Assembly: GCA_963785725.1 (NCBI GenBank)
Contig: CAWAWS010000007.1
Coordinates: 704,001 to 768,000, forward strand
Origin: an uncultured delta proteobacterium
Lineage (GTDB): Bacteria; Myxococcota_A; Polyangia; Palsa-1104
Direction of reading: 5' to 3'
DNA length: 64,000 nt
Below, in pieces: positions 1 through 9,171 of the stretch; within the stretch, counting starts at the first letter, position 1, and each line of letters starts with the position of its first letter. The position numbers were made by a program, and so were the translations under genes. The notes under the pieces were generated by a model, which did no database searches, was not told the origin of the DNA, and saw only the letters and a program-made list of their open reading frames with translations.

Positions 1-451
1 TGGAGTGGCTGACGTCGCGATGGATGATGCCGAGCGGTCGTCCTTCGCCGTCGCTGAGCGCGTGCAGATAGCCGAGGCCGCGACAGAGGTCGCGCACCGT
101 CGCCAGCGCGAAGCCGATCGGCAGCGGCGCGCGGCCACGATTGAGCCGCCCGAGGTCGATGCCGTCGACCAGCTCCATCGCGATGTACGGCTGCGCCGCG
201 ACGACGCCGACATCGAGCGTGCGCACGACGTTGGGATGCGCCAGGCTCAACGCCAGCCGCGCTTCGTACAAGAACATCTCGACGACCGGCAGCTCGTCGC
301 ACAAGTGCGGCAGGATGCGCTTGACGGCGACGGCGGTGGTCGCGCCGTCGTCCCCGATGGTGAAGCCGCGCCAGACTTCGGCCATGCCGCCGTGCCCGAG
401 CGACTGCACGAGCCGATAGCGACCAAACGGCGTGCCGGGCTGCGCGTCCAT
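1..451 (-). CDS. Ser/Thr protein kinase (N-terminal part; runs off window start)
   Basis: Manual translation of the minus strand from ATG 451: MDAQPGTPFGRYRLVQSLGHGGMAEVW...VAVKRILPHL...HPNVV...YIAMELVDG...GIIHRDVSHS (Hanks subdomains I-VIb). Absent from the ORF track because it has no stop in the window. Confidence 0.9.
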   Translation of the reverse strand, partial: MDAQPGTPFGRYRLVQSLGHGGMAEVWRGFTIGDDGATTAVAVKRILPHLCDELPVVEMFLYEARLALSLAHPNVVRTLDVGVVAAQPYIAMELVDGIDLGRLNRGRAPLPIGFALATVRDLCRGLGYLHALSDGEGRPLGIIHRDVSHS

Positions 452-546
452 CACCAAGTCCCTGTCGACGATGGTATGCAGTCCGCGCGACGCGAGCAAG
501 CGACGCCGTTCCCACGCCCGTGGGCTTGCGTTACAGTCGAGCGTCG

Positions 547-1155
547 ATGTCGCTGCGGTCGCTGCTCCTCGTCGTCATGCTGCTGAGCTCGGCGAGCGTC
601 GCGCGCGGTGATTCGGCCGGCCACTCGGCGCGCGAGGCGCGCGCGCATCTCGCCGCCGCCGATCGCGCGTTCAAGAAGGCGCGCTACGACGAGGCCTTGG
701 CGCAGGTGCAAGCCGCCTATGCGATCGATCCGCGCCCCGAGTTCTTGATCGTGTTCGCGCAGATCTATCGCGCCATGGGGCAGCCGCGTCGCGCCGTCGA
801 GGCGTGCGAGCTCTATCTGTCGACCGCGCCCGATGGCGCACGCGCCGCAGAGGCGCGCGCGCTCGCCAAGGCCGCCGCCGACGAGGTCACCGCCGCCAAG
901 CCGGCCGAGGCGACCGCGGCGGCGCCGGCGCCGGTCGCGCCCACGCCCGTCGCCGAACCGGTCGCCGCCGTAAGCGTTCCGCCGGCCGCGTTGGCGGTCG
1001 CGACCGCGCCGGCGCCGCGTCGGCGCCGCACCGGGCTGTACGTCGGCGTCGCCATCGGCGCGGCGGTCGTCGTCGGCGCGGCGCTCGGCCTGGGCCTCGG
1101 CTTCGGCCTGCACCACGGCTTGCCGCACGTCTCGTTCGATCCGCCGCCGCACTAA
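547..1155 (+). CDS. Exported TPR protein with Pro/Ala linker and C-terminal TM helix
   Basis: Signal peptide MSLRSLLLVVMLLSSASVARG; TPR-like AFKKARYDEALAQVQAAYAIDP; C-terminal GLYVGVAIGAAVVVGAALGLGLG. Confidence 0.75.
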   Translation: MSLRSLLLVVMLLSSASVARGDSAGHSAREARAHLAAADRAFKKARYDEALAQVQAAYAIDPRPEFLIVFAQIYRAMGQPRRAVEACELYLSTAPDGARAAEARALAKAAADEVTAAKPAEATAAAPAPVAPTPVAEPVAAVSVPPAALAVATAPAPRRRRTGLYVGVAIGAAVVVGAALGLGLGFGLHHGLPHVSFDPPPH

Positions 1156-2030
1156 TTCAAAGCGGCGCCGGGCTCGACCCGCCGAAGAAGCGGAACAGCG
1201 TCAGAATCGAACTGGCTCTTGACGTTGCGGATGATGCTGTCGCAATCGGCCAACGGCACGCGCAGCCGCTGCATGAGGTGCGCGCGCGTGCGCTCGAGCA
1301 GCCGTTCGCGCGCGGCCACGAGCCAGCGCGCCGTCGTCGTGCGATGCGCGCGATAGAGCGAGCCCAGCTGATCGATCGACAGACCGTCGAGGTAATGCTG
1401 CCGCAGTAAGTTCTTCTCGCGATCGTCGAGGCTCGTCAGCGCGGCGCCGAACGCCTCGGTGAACGCCGCGCGATGGCGCTGCTTGGCGCTCGCCTCGTGG
1501 TCGTCGTCGCGGGTCGTGATGCGCGCCAGCTGCTCGTCTTCGCTGGGCTGCTCGCGGCTCTCGCGCGTGATCAGCTTGTAGGCCGAGCGCACGGCGCTGA
1601 CCGCCAGCCACGAGCCGAGCGTGCCGCGCCCGCGAAACTGCGTGATGCGCAGCTGCCCGCCGACCTGATCGACGAACAGGTAAACCCGTAGTCGCTGTAG
1701 CAGCTCGTCGATGTCGTGGGCGTCGAGCCGCATGGCCAAGAGCGCGACGCGGGCCTTCGGCATGTAGTGCAGCTCGAACAGCCTGAGCGCCTCCGCGTCG
1801 CCATGGGCACAGGCGCAGGTCAAGTACAGCTCCTCGATCGCCAGCGACTGCGCGGTCACGACCATCGGCGCCCGCTCGGCCAAGAAGGCAGCGAACAGCG
1901 GCGCCGGCAGCGTGAACGACGACCAGCGCGCCTGCGCCTCGAGGTAGCGCCGGCGCAGCGGGTGCGCGGCCGTTACGTCGCGAAATGCGTCCAGAATCTG
2001 CTGAGTGGAGGAGTCCACGGATGTCGTCAC
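1152..2030 (-). CDS. RNA polymerase sigma-70-like factor, Myxococcales family (TIGR03001-like)
   Basis: ELYLTCACAHGDAEAL, FRGRGTLGSWLAVSAVR (region 2), LRQHYLDGLSIDQLGSLYRAHRTTTARWL (region 4 HTH). GTG start at 2030 is inferred. Confidence 0.85.
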   Translation of the reverse strand: MTTSVDSSTQQILDAFRDVTAAHPLRRRYLEAQARWSSFTLPAPLFAAFLAERAPMVVTAQSLAIEELYLTCACAHGDAEALRLFELHYMPKARVALLAMRLDAHDIDELLQRLRVYLFVDQVGGQLRITQFRGRGTLGSWLAVSAVRSAYKLITRESREQPSEDEQLARITTRDDDHEASAKQRHRAAFTEAFGAALTSLDDREKNLLRQHYLDGLSIDQLGSLYRAHRTTTARWLVAARERLLERTRAHLMQRLRVPLADCDSIIRNVKSQFDSDAVPLLRRVEPGAALN

Positions 2031-2084
2031 AGCAACGTTCGTGCCCGGTGTGCGGGCGTGGCGGCAGCGCCGATCCCGGCATGC

Positions 2085-2100
2085 GCATGGGGCGTGCCAA
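2085..2100 (-). promoter_or_regulatory. Putative sigma54 (-24/-12) promoter of the sigma-70-like gene
   Basis: Minus strand TTGGCACGCCCCATGC, exact GG-N10-GC spacing, about 55 nt upstream of the inferred start. Confidence 0.6.
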
Positions 2101-2174
2101 CCCAGGTGTAAAGTGGCGCGTGACAGCCTCGCTCTTGCCGGCGACGCGGCGGCAGTCGATGATGAGGTCGCAGC

Positions 2175-3830
2175 ATGAGCTCTTGCCTCAGCGACAGCGC
2201 CATCGCCGAGTTCATCCAAGGCGTGGCGACGGCCGAAGAGGCGCAGCTCGTCGAGGCGCACGTCGCCGACTGCCCGCTGTGCCGCAAGCTGGTGTCGGAT
2301 TTGGCGCCGGTGCTGCTGGCGCCGCCGTCGTCGTCGCCGTCGTTGCGGATGGCGCTGGCCGCGCCGGCGCGCGCGTCGCGTTGGCGCCGGCCGTTGGCGT
2401 TGGCGCTGGCGGCGTCGCTGCTCTTGGGCGGCTACGGGCTATATGCGTTGCGGCGGTCGCCGTCGTCGCTGGCGATCGTCGAGCGGGTGAGCGGCAGCGG
2501 CGACGGCGTGACGTTCGCGCTCGCCGAGCGGCTGCGGGTGACGCTGGCCGGCGCGCGCATCCGCGTCGTGCCCGGCGACGTCGTCGCGACGGCCGCGCAA
2601 GATCTCGGCGCGGCCGCCGACGAGCGCGCGTGGCGAGCGCGGCTGGGCGTGGCGCACGTCGGGTTCGTGGCGACCGAGACCGACGCGCGCGGGCAGATCG
2701 CGGCCACGCTGCAGCTCGCCGGCGCGCCGCCGATCACGGAGGCCGCGAACGATCTCGACGCGCTCGCCGATCGCTTGGATGCGCGGGTGCGCGCGCGGCT
2801 GCACGCGCCGGCCCTCAGCGACGCCGCGCGGCAGTCGGCGACGCGGCTGCTGCCGTCGGTGGCCGCCGAGACCGACTACGGCGAAGGCGTGGCGCGGGCG
2901 CGACGCGGCGACGCGGCGGGCGCCATCGCGCCGCTGACGCGCGCCGCCGCCGCCGACGCGCAGTCGCTCCTGCCGACGCTGCTGCTCGCGGAGACGCAGG
3001 CGGCGCTAGGGCTTCGTCAGGACGCCCGACAGACGGCGGCGCGCGCGCGATCGATCCTGAGCGCGACGCGCATCGAGGATGACGCGTTCATCGCGCGCAC
3101 GCTCGGCCTGTCGTCGCCGGCGGAGGCGGTGTCGGCGTTGCAGCGGCAGTGGCGGCGTTCGCCGGAGGCGTTCGAAGTCGGCGTGCAGCTCGTCGACGCG
3201 CAGCGCCGCTCCGGCGACGTGGCGGGCGCGGCGGCGACGCTCGCGGCCGTGCGCGCCGCCGCCGCCCACGCGCCGCCGGCGGCGGCCTCGGCGATCGCGC
3301 TGGCCGCCGCGCGCGTGGCGCTGGCCGCCGGCGACGCCACCGCCGCGCGCCGCTTCGCCGACGGGGCCACCGCGACGGCGACGGCAATCGGCGCGACGAG
3401 CACAGCCGTCGCCGGCCGGCGGCTCGCCAGCGCCGCCGCGCTGCTCGCCGGCGAAGTGGCCGGCGCGCGTGCCGCCGCTGCCGACGCCGTCACCCGCGCT
3501 CACGATCGCGTCGGCGCCGACGACTGGCTCGCGCTCGGCCTCGCGCAAGCCGCCGGTGATGCGCCCGAATTCGCCGCCGCGCAGCTCAGCTTCACGCACG
3601 CGTTGACGGTCGCCAAGGCGCACGAGCAGCGCGATCGCATCGCCCGCAGCCTCGACGATCTGGCGACGCTGGCGCTGCGGCAGGGCCAGCGCGCGCAGGC
3701 GGCGACGTGGCTGAACGAGCTGGTCGCGCTCAGCCAACGCGCGGGGGAGCCCGGCGCCGAAGCGGCGGCGCGGCGTCTGTTGGCCGCCAACGCCGCCCCC
3801 CCGACACCGCCGAACGCCGCGTCGCCGTAG
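2175..3830 (+). CDS. zf-HC2 anti-sigma-like domain, TM helix and Ala-rich TPR-like region
   Basis: N-terminal CLSD...EAHVADCPLCR (HxxxCxxC); TM LALALAASLLLGGYGLY; helical repeats; divergent from the sigma gene. Confidence 0.65.
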   Translation: MSSCLSDSAIAEFIQGVATAEEAQLVEAHVADCPLCRKLVSDLAPVLLAPPSSSPSLRMALAAPARASRWRRPLALALAASLLLGGYGLYALRRSPSSLAIVERVSGSGDGVTFALAERLRVTLAGARIRVVPGDVVATAAQDLGAAADERAWRARLGVAHVGFVATETDARGQIAATLQLAGAPPITEAANDLDALADRLDARVRARLHAPALSDAARQSATRLLPSVAAETDYGEGVARARRGDAAGAIAPLTRAAAADAQSLLPTLLLAETQAALGLRQDARQTAARARSILSATRIEDDAFIARTLGLSSPAEAVSALQRQWRRSPEAFEVGVQLVDAQRRSGDVAGAAATLAAVRAAAAHAPPAAASAIALAAARVALAAGDATAARRFADGATATATAIGATSTAVAGRRLASAAALLAGEVAGARAAAADAVTRAHDRVGADDWLALGLAQAAGDAPEFAAAQLSFTHALTVAKAHEQRDRIARSLDDLATLALRQGQRAQAATWLNELVALSQRAGEPGAEAAARRLLAANAAPPTPPNAASP

Positions 3831-3946
3831 CGGTTTGCAGCGCGCGCTGGTGATCGCGCAGAAATAAATGCGACAGGTCGGCAAGTCCGGCTCTACCTGG
3901 CGGCGAAGCGCTCAACGCTCGCCGCCACCCGAGCCAGGAGAGCTTC

Positions 3947-6028
3947 ATGTTCGCTGCTTCCGCCTTCGTCTTTCGCCGCCGCGCTGCCTGCTTGGGCGCG
4001 GCCTTCGCCGCCTTCGTCGCCGCCGGCTGCACGTCGCCGGCGGAGGATGCGTCGTCGCTGCCGCTCGACGCCAAGGCGTCGCACCTCGTGACCTTGCGCG
4101 TGCTGGCGAGCGGCCACTACGTGCGCGCGGTGAACGGCGGCGGCGGCGACGTCGATGCCGACAGCGCGACCGCGGCCGCCGACGAGACGCTGCGGCTGTA
4201 TGACACGGCGAACGACGCCACGATCGCCGACGGCATGAAGGTCGTGCTGCAGGCGCCGAACGGCGATTACGTCGGCCTGACGTCGCACAAAGGCACGGCC
4301 GTGGACGCGACGAGCAAGTCCACGAGCTCCGAAGATCGCTTCGTGCTCGTCGATCTGACGCATCCGAAGGGCGCGGTCGTGACCGGCGATCAGGTGGCGT
4401 TCGCGACGACCAAGAGCCTGTATCTGTCGGCGGCGACGGCGAGCCCGATGAGCGGCGACGCCAAGTCGATCGGCGCGACCGAGACGTTCGTCGTCACCTT
4501 CGCCGACGCCGCCACGCCGAGCGGCGACATGGGCGCAGGCGCAGACGGCGGCAGCGCCGGCGGTGGCGGCGCGGGCGGCGGCGGCGGCGCCGGCGGCAGC
4601 GGCACCGTCGTGGGCGCGCGCGATCCGTCGGGCTTCTTCCATCCCGGCGTCGTCGTGACCGCGGGCGGGCTCGATTCGGTCAAGGCGCGCCTCGCCGCCA
4701 ACGATCCCGACTTGACGGCGGCGTTGGCGGCGCTCTTGCGCGATCTGAACGACACGACGCTGCCCGCGTGCCCGGCCGAGGACGCGTCCGGCCGCTGCCA
4801 CCTGCCGACGACGCCGGCGGCGCCGAGCGGCCACGTCACGGTCACGTGCGGCTCGCACTCGGCCGCGCCCGCCGGCGACACCTCCTGCGACGACGAGAAG
4901 TCGAACGCGCTCGCCGCCTACACGCATGCGCTCGCCTGGTACCTGCAAGGCGACGAGACGGAAGCGCAGACGGCCATCACGTTCCTCGATGCCTGGAACA
5001 ACGTCACCACGCACACCGGCTACACGTTGAACGGCACCTACTCCGACAACTCGCCCTTGCAGTGCGGCTGGACGGGCACGTTGTGGGCGCGCGCGGCCGA
5101 GCTCATTCGCTACACCTATCCGTCGACGAAGTACGCCAAAGGCTGGTCGGAGACGCAGGCGACGGCGTTCGGCGCCATGTTGACGCGCGCCATTCGGCCG
5201 TACGTCATCACGCCGGCGACGGAGAACGGCAACTGGGAGCTGAGCCAGGCCGACGCGCTCATGCAGATCTCGGTCTACAACGATCAGCTGGCCGACTTCA
5301 AAACAGCGGCCAAGAACTGGCTCCAGTTCATCAAGTACTACGTTTATCTGCAGGCGGACGGCAAGACGCCCAAGGCCGGCAACGACGTCTTCGAGTGCAC
5401 CAAGAACGGCAAGTCGTCGAGCGGCTGCGGCGTCGATTATTGGTGGGGCTTGGCCAATGCCAGCGGCTTGGCCGACGGCACGGCGCAGGAGACCTGCCGC
5501 GACCTCGAGCATGTGCAGTACGGCCTCGGCTCGGCGGTGAACGCGGCGGAGACGGCGGCGATTCAGCAGATCGCGGGCGTCGATCTGTACGGCGACACCT
5601 CGGTGCAAGGCGGGCAGCGCCTCTACGCGGCGCTCGAGTTTCAGGCCGGCCTGTTGAAGGGGCGCAGCAACTACGACATCGGCGCCGACGGCAAGAACGC
5701 GGACATGGCGCTCGTGCCCGCGCCCAGCCTGGCCTACAGCTGCGACGGCACCAACGGCTTCACCAAGGAGTCGACGGGGGCGACGCCGGCGCAGATCGCG
5801 GTGGTCGACTATGACGCGACGAAGCAGTCGAGCTATCCGGTGCAACCGATGTGGGAAGAGGGCTACAACTACTTCGTCAACGTGGCCAAGAAGCCGATGC
5901 CGAACACGGCCGCGCTGCTCACGCCGACGGCGAGCTTCAAGGGCAATCGGCCGACGCTGGCGTCGCATCCGCTGGCGTGGGAGACGCTGACGAAGCTGGG
6001 CGTGGGCGCGATCGGCTTCCCGCAGTAA
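3947..6028 (+). CDS. Lipoprotein: fascin-like beta-trefoil, Gly linker, alginate-lyase-family (alpha/alpha toroid) domain
   Basis: Lipobox VAAGC; fascin-like LASGHYVRAVNGGGGDVDA; FFHPGVVVT, NGNWELS and QETCRDLEHVQYGL motifs; RBS AGGAG at 3936. Confidence 0.7.
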   Translation: MFAASAFVFRRRAACLGAAFAAFVAAGCTSPAEDASSLPLDAKASHLVTLRVLASGHYVRAVNGGGGDVDADSATAAADETLRLYDTANDATIADGMKVVLQAPNGDYVGLTSHKGTAVDATSKSTSSEDRFVLVDLTHPKGAVVTGDQVAFATTKSLYLSAATASPMSGDAKSIGATETFVVTFADAATPSGDMGAGADGGSAGGGGAGGGGGAGGSGTVVGARDPSGFFHPGVVVTAGGLDSVKARLAANDPDLTAALAALLRDLNDTTLPACPAEDASGRCHLPTTPAAPSGHVTVTCGSHSAAPAGDTSCDDEKSNALAAYTHALAWYLQGDETEAQTAITFLDAWNNVTTHTGYTLNGTYSDNSPLQCGWTGTLWARAAELIRYTYPSTKYAKGWSETQATAFGAMLTRAIRPYVITPATENGNWELSQADALMQISVYNDQLADFKTAAKNWLQFIKYYVYLQADGKTPKAGNDVFECTKNGKSSSGCGVDYWWGLANASGLADGTAQETCRDLEHVQYGLGSAVNAAETAAIQQIAGVDLYGDTSVQGGQRLYAALEFQAGLLKGRSNYDIGADGKNADMALVPAPSLAYSCDGTNGFTKESTGATPAQIAVVDYDATKQSSYPVQPMWEEGYNYFVNVAKKPMPNTAALLTPTASFKGNRPTLASHPLAWETLTKLGVGAIGFPQ

Positions 6029-6036
6029 CTCCGTAG

Positions 6037-6152
6037 AACCTGCGCGAGCGGTCCGAGCGCAAGGCGGAGCGAGCACCGGAGCGGAGCAGCCTCTCGGGCT
6101 GTGAGCACCGGAGCACAGCGACAACGCTGCGATCGGACCGCTCGCGAAGGTT
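6037..6152. repeat. REP/MITE-like palindromic element between convergent genes
   Basis: 25-bp inverted arms 6037-6061 and 6128-6152 with 2 mismatches; internal direct repeat GAGCACCGGAGC twice. Confidence 0.65.
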
Positions 6153-8200
6153 TAGCGCAGGAAGTAGCGGCGCATGAGCCGGCCTGCCAACAGCGCCAAG
6201 CCAATCGCCAAGAGCGCCGAGATGACGAGGCCCGCCTGTTCGCCTTCGAGCTGGCCGAGCAGCGTCGCCGGCACCACGACGACGGCCACGATCGCCAGCG
6301 CCGTCTCCAGCTGCGGCTGATGCCCGCCGCGCGCCATGCGCGCCAACAGCGCGCCGACCGTCAGGCAGCCGAGCGCCACCGTCGGAATGAGGCCGAGGCC
6401 GACGCGGAAGCTCAAGTCGGGATCGGCGCTCACCGGCCGATGCGTCAAGATCTGCCACACCAGATCGAGGTGGCCGGGGCCGCAGAACACCGCGCCCAAG
6501 ACGACGATGCCGACGGCGAGCGCCGCCGCGCCCAAGCCGACGAGCCGCCAGCGCACCGGCAGCCCGCCGCGCGAGCGCGCCGCCAAGCCGAGCACGAGCG
6601 CGATGACGAGGCACAGCCCGCCGAACCATTCGCCCAGTCGCGCGTAGAGCTTGAACGGCTGCATGACGGCGACCGGCTCCAGCAGCGTCAGCGCCGGCGC
6701 GATGTGCTCGTCATCGGGATCGAACGATGGGCCATGCTTGTACAGCTTGCCGGTCGCGTCGACGTAGGCGCTGACGCCGGTGTTGACGGCGCGCACCAGG
6801 TCGAGCCGCGACTCGACCGCGCGATAGACGGCCAGCGCCAAGTGCTCGTACGGCTCCGACGTCTTGCCGAACCAGGCGTCGTTGGTGATGTTGATGAGCA
6901 CGTTCGGGTCGCGCATCGTCAAGCGGCGGCCGAATGACGGGAAGATGTCCTCGTAGCAGATCATCGGGCCGATGCGCACCGTCGAGCCGTCGGGGCGCAC
7001 GAGCGGAAAGATGGCGACGTCGGTCCCGCGCGCGAAGTTCGACATCTCGGGGAAGCTCTTCAGGATCGGCAAGAGCTGCTCGTAATAGGGCACGTATTCG
7101 CCGAACACCATGAGGATGTTCTTGTCGAAGGTGCCGCGAATGTCGGACTTCTCGTCGAGCAGCAGCGCCGAGTTGTACGGATAGGGCGTCGACGCGCGGT
7201 TCTCGGCGATCGTCAGCGTGCCGAACAGGAGCGGCGTGTGGAAGCCGACCTTGACCTCGCGCGCGTCACCGACGGGCCAATCGTGGGTCTGCTCGCGGAA
7301 GAAGTGATACGGATAGGACGACTCGGGCCACAAGATGAGGTCGGCGCCGCGCTGCTCGAGCTCGCGGGCGAGCTGCTGATGAATCTGCAGCTGCTGGCGC
7401 GCCAATTGCGGCTGCCACTTCTCGTGAATGCCGATGTTGGCTTGCACGAGCCCGATATTGAGCTTTGGCGCCGCCGCGCGCGCCTTCGACACCTGATGAA
7501 TGCGCACGGCGCCGTAACCGAACGAGAACGACAAGACGGCGAGGGCCAGCGCCAGCCGACGCAGCGGCAGCGGCCGCTTCAGCCGGCGCGCCTGCCAGGC
7601 GTCGAAGATGGCGCCGTTCGACAGCACGAGGATGAACGAGACGCCGAGCGGGCCGGTCAAGTCGGCGATCTGAATGACCGGCCGCACCCACGCTTGCGTG
7701 ATCGCGAGGTACCACGGAAACACGAACGGTACGACGAGCTCGAGCGCGACATAGATGACCGGCGCGATGAAGGCCATTCCCGAATCGGGAAAACGATTAT
7801 TCAATTTGCGAATACAATATGCGAAAGCGGTGAAGGTAATCGCTTGATAGCTGACCAGTAAGAGGAAGATGGGGATGGCGGCGACGATCGGCAGGTGGCC
7901 GAAGCGTTGCAGGAAGCCGACGATCCAGTAGAAGCCGCCGCCGTTGGCGAAGAGGCCGCAGACGTAGCCGTAGAACGCCGGGCGCTTCGTCGTCGGATGC
8001 AGCGCGACGGCGATGAGCGGCACGAGGGCGAACCAGGTCAGCGGCCAGATGTCGAAGTCGGCGCAGCTGAGGAATAAGAGCGTGCCCGAGAGCACCGACA
8101 GCAGCGTCTTGACGAGGTGCTCGCGGGTGACGCGCGGCGTGCGGTCGGCTTTGCGACGCGCGCCCAAGTCGATGACGTCGGACTTCGACTTCTTGGCCAC
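6152..8200 (-). CDS. lnt: Apolipoprotein N-acyltransferase with C-terminal TM extension
   Basis: N-terminal TM bundle; VQANI, WPES, DKNILMVFGEYVP, ICYED (E-K-C triad), NITNDAWFG, RAVNTGVS. Confidence 0.93.
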   Translation of the reverse strand: MAKKSKSDVIDLGARRKADRTPRVTREHLVKTLLSVLSGTLLFLSCADFDIWPLTWFALVPLIAVALHPTTKRPAFYGYVCGLFANGGGFYWIVGFLQRFGHLPIVAAIPIFLLLVSYQAITFTAFAYCIRKLNNRFPDSGMAFIAPVIYVALELVVPFVFPWYLAITQAWVRPVIQIADLTGPLGVSFILVLSNGAIFDAWQARRLKRPLPLRRLALALAVLSFSFGYGAVRIHQVSKARAAAPKLNIGLVQANIGIHEKWQPQLARQQLQIHQQLARELEQRGADLILWPESSYPYHFFREQTHDWPVGDAREVKVGFHTPLLFGTLTIAENRASTPYPYNSALLLDEKSDIRGTFDKNILMVFGEYVPYYEQLLPILKSFPEMSNFARGTDVAIFPLVRPDGSTVRIGPMICYEDIFPSFGRRLTMRDPNVLINITNDAWFGKTSEPYEHLALAVYRAVESRLDLVRAVNTGVSAYVDATGKLYKHGPSFDPDDEHIAPALTLLEPVAVMQPFKLYARLGEWFGGLCLVIALVLGLAARSRGGLPVRWRLVGLGAAALAVGIVVLGAVFCGPGHLDLVWQILTHRPVSADPDLSFRVGLGLIPTVALGCLTVGALLARMARGGHQPQLETALAIVAVVVVPATLLGQLEGEQAGLVISALLAIGLALLAGRLMRRYFLR

Positions 8201-8201
8201 G

Positions 8202-9131
8202 TTACGTCCGCGCGCGCACGTTGAGCGCGCCCGGCAAGAGCTCGAACGTCGCCGGCAAGCGGCCCGGCTGCTCGCCGTCGACGTCGAGCAGGACTTCGGC
8301 GCCGTTGGTCGCGCGCGCTTCGATCTTGCGCGCGCGAACGACCGAGACTTTGGGGTTCTGCAGGTGCTTGCCGGTGTAGACGTCGAGGCCGCGCAGGAGC
8401 ATGTCGCCGAAGTTGAAGTCGCCCAAGGTGACGACGTCGAAGTAGCCGTCGTCGAGCGCGGCGTCGGGCGCTATTTTCATGCCGCCCCCGAAGTAACGGC
8501 CGTTGGCGACGGCGACGTTGTAGATGCGTCCCTCTTTGGCGCTGCCGCCGTCGTAGCGGATTTCACAGCTGACGTTCTTGTAGCTGGCGCCCGCTTTCAA
8601 CGTCGCGATGGCGAACGAGAGCGTGCCGCCGAGCGCCTTCGACGACTGGTTGGCGTAGCGATCGACCAGGCCGCCGATGCCGAAGCTGGCGATGTTGATG
8701 AAGTGGCGGACCGCCTCGTTGCCGTCGTTGCCGACGTAGCACAGGCGGCCGACGTCGATGGCGCGGGCCGGTGACCGCAAGGCGGCGGCGGCGGCGGCGG
8801 TGTCGCGCGGCACCGACAGCGTCTTGATGAAGTCGCCGCCGGTTCCCGCGGGCAGGATGCCGAAGGCGGCGGCGGGGTTGATGGCCGCGTCGCCGTCGAA
8901 AAACCCGTTGACGACCTCGTTGATGGTGCCGTCACCGCCGACGGCGACGATGAGCTCGGCGCCGTCGCGCAAGGCCTCGCGCGTCACGCGGATGGCGTCG
9001 CCGTGGCCGCGCGTGAAGCGCTCTTCGAACGGGCCGTAGGCTTCGTGGATGATGGCGCGGAGCTGCGGCCAGCGACGCTCGGTCTTGCCGCCGGCGGACT
9101 GCGGATTGATCACGAGCACGGTTCCCGACAT
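8202..9131 (-). CDS. Diacylglycerol kinase family (YegS/DgkB-like) lipid kinase
   Basis: INPQSAGG, GGDGTINEVVNG, PAGTGGDF, NGRYFGGG, DVDGE. Confidence 0.92.
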   Translation of the reverse strand: MSGTVLVINPQSAGGKTERRWPQLRAIIHEAYGPFEERFTRGHGDAIRVTREALRDGAELIVAVGGDGTINEVVNGFFDGDAAINPAAAFGILPAGTGGDFIKTLSVPRDTAAAAAALRSPARAIDVGRLCYVGNDGNEAVRHFINIASFGIGGLVDRYANQSSKALGGTLSFAIATLKAGASYKNVSCEIRYDGGSAKEGRIYNVAVANGRYFGGGMKIAPDAALDDGYFDVVTLGDFNFGDMLLRGLDVYTGKHLQNPKVSVVRARKIEARATNGAEVLLDVDGEQPGRLPATFELLPGALNVRART

Positions 9132-9171
9132 GCCGCGCACGATATCACGCGACGGCCAGCCACGACGACGG

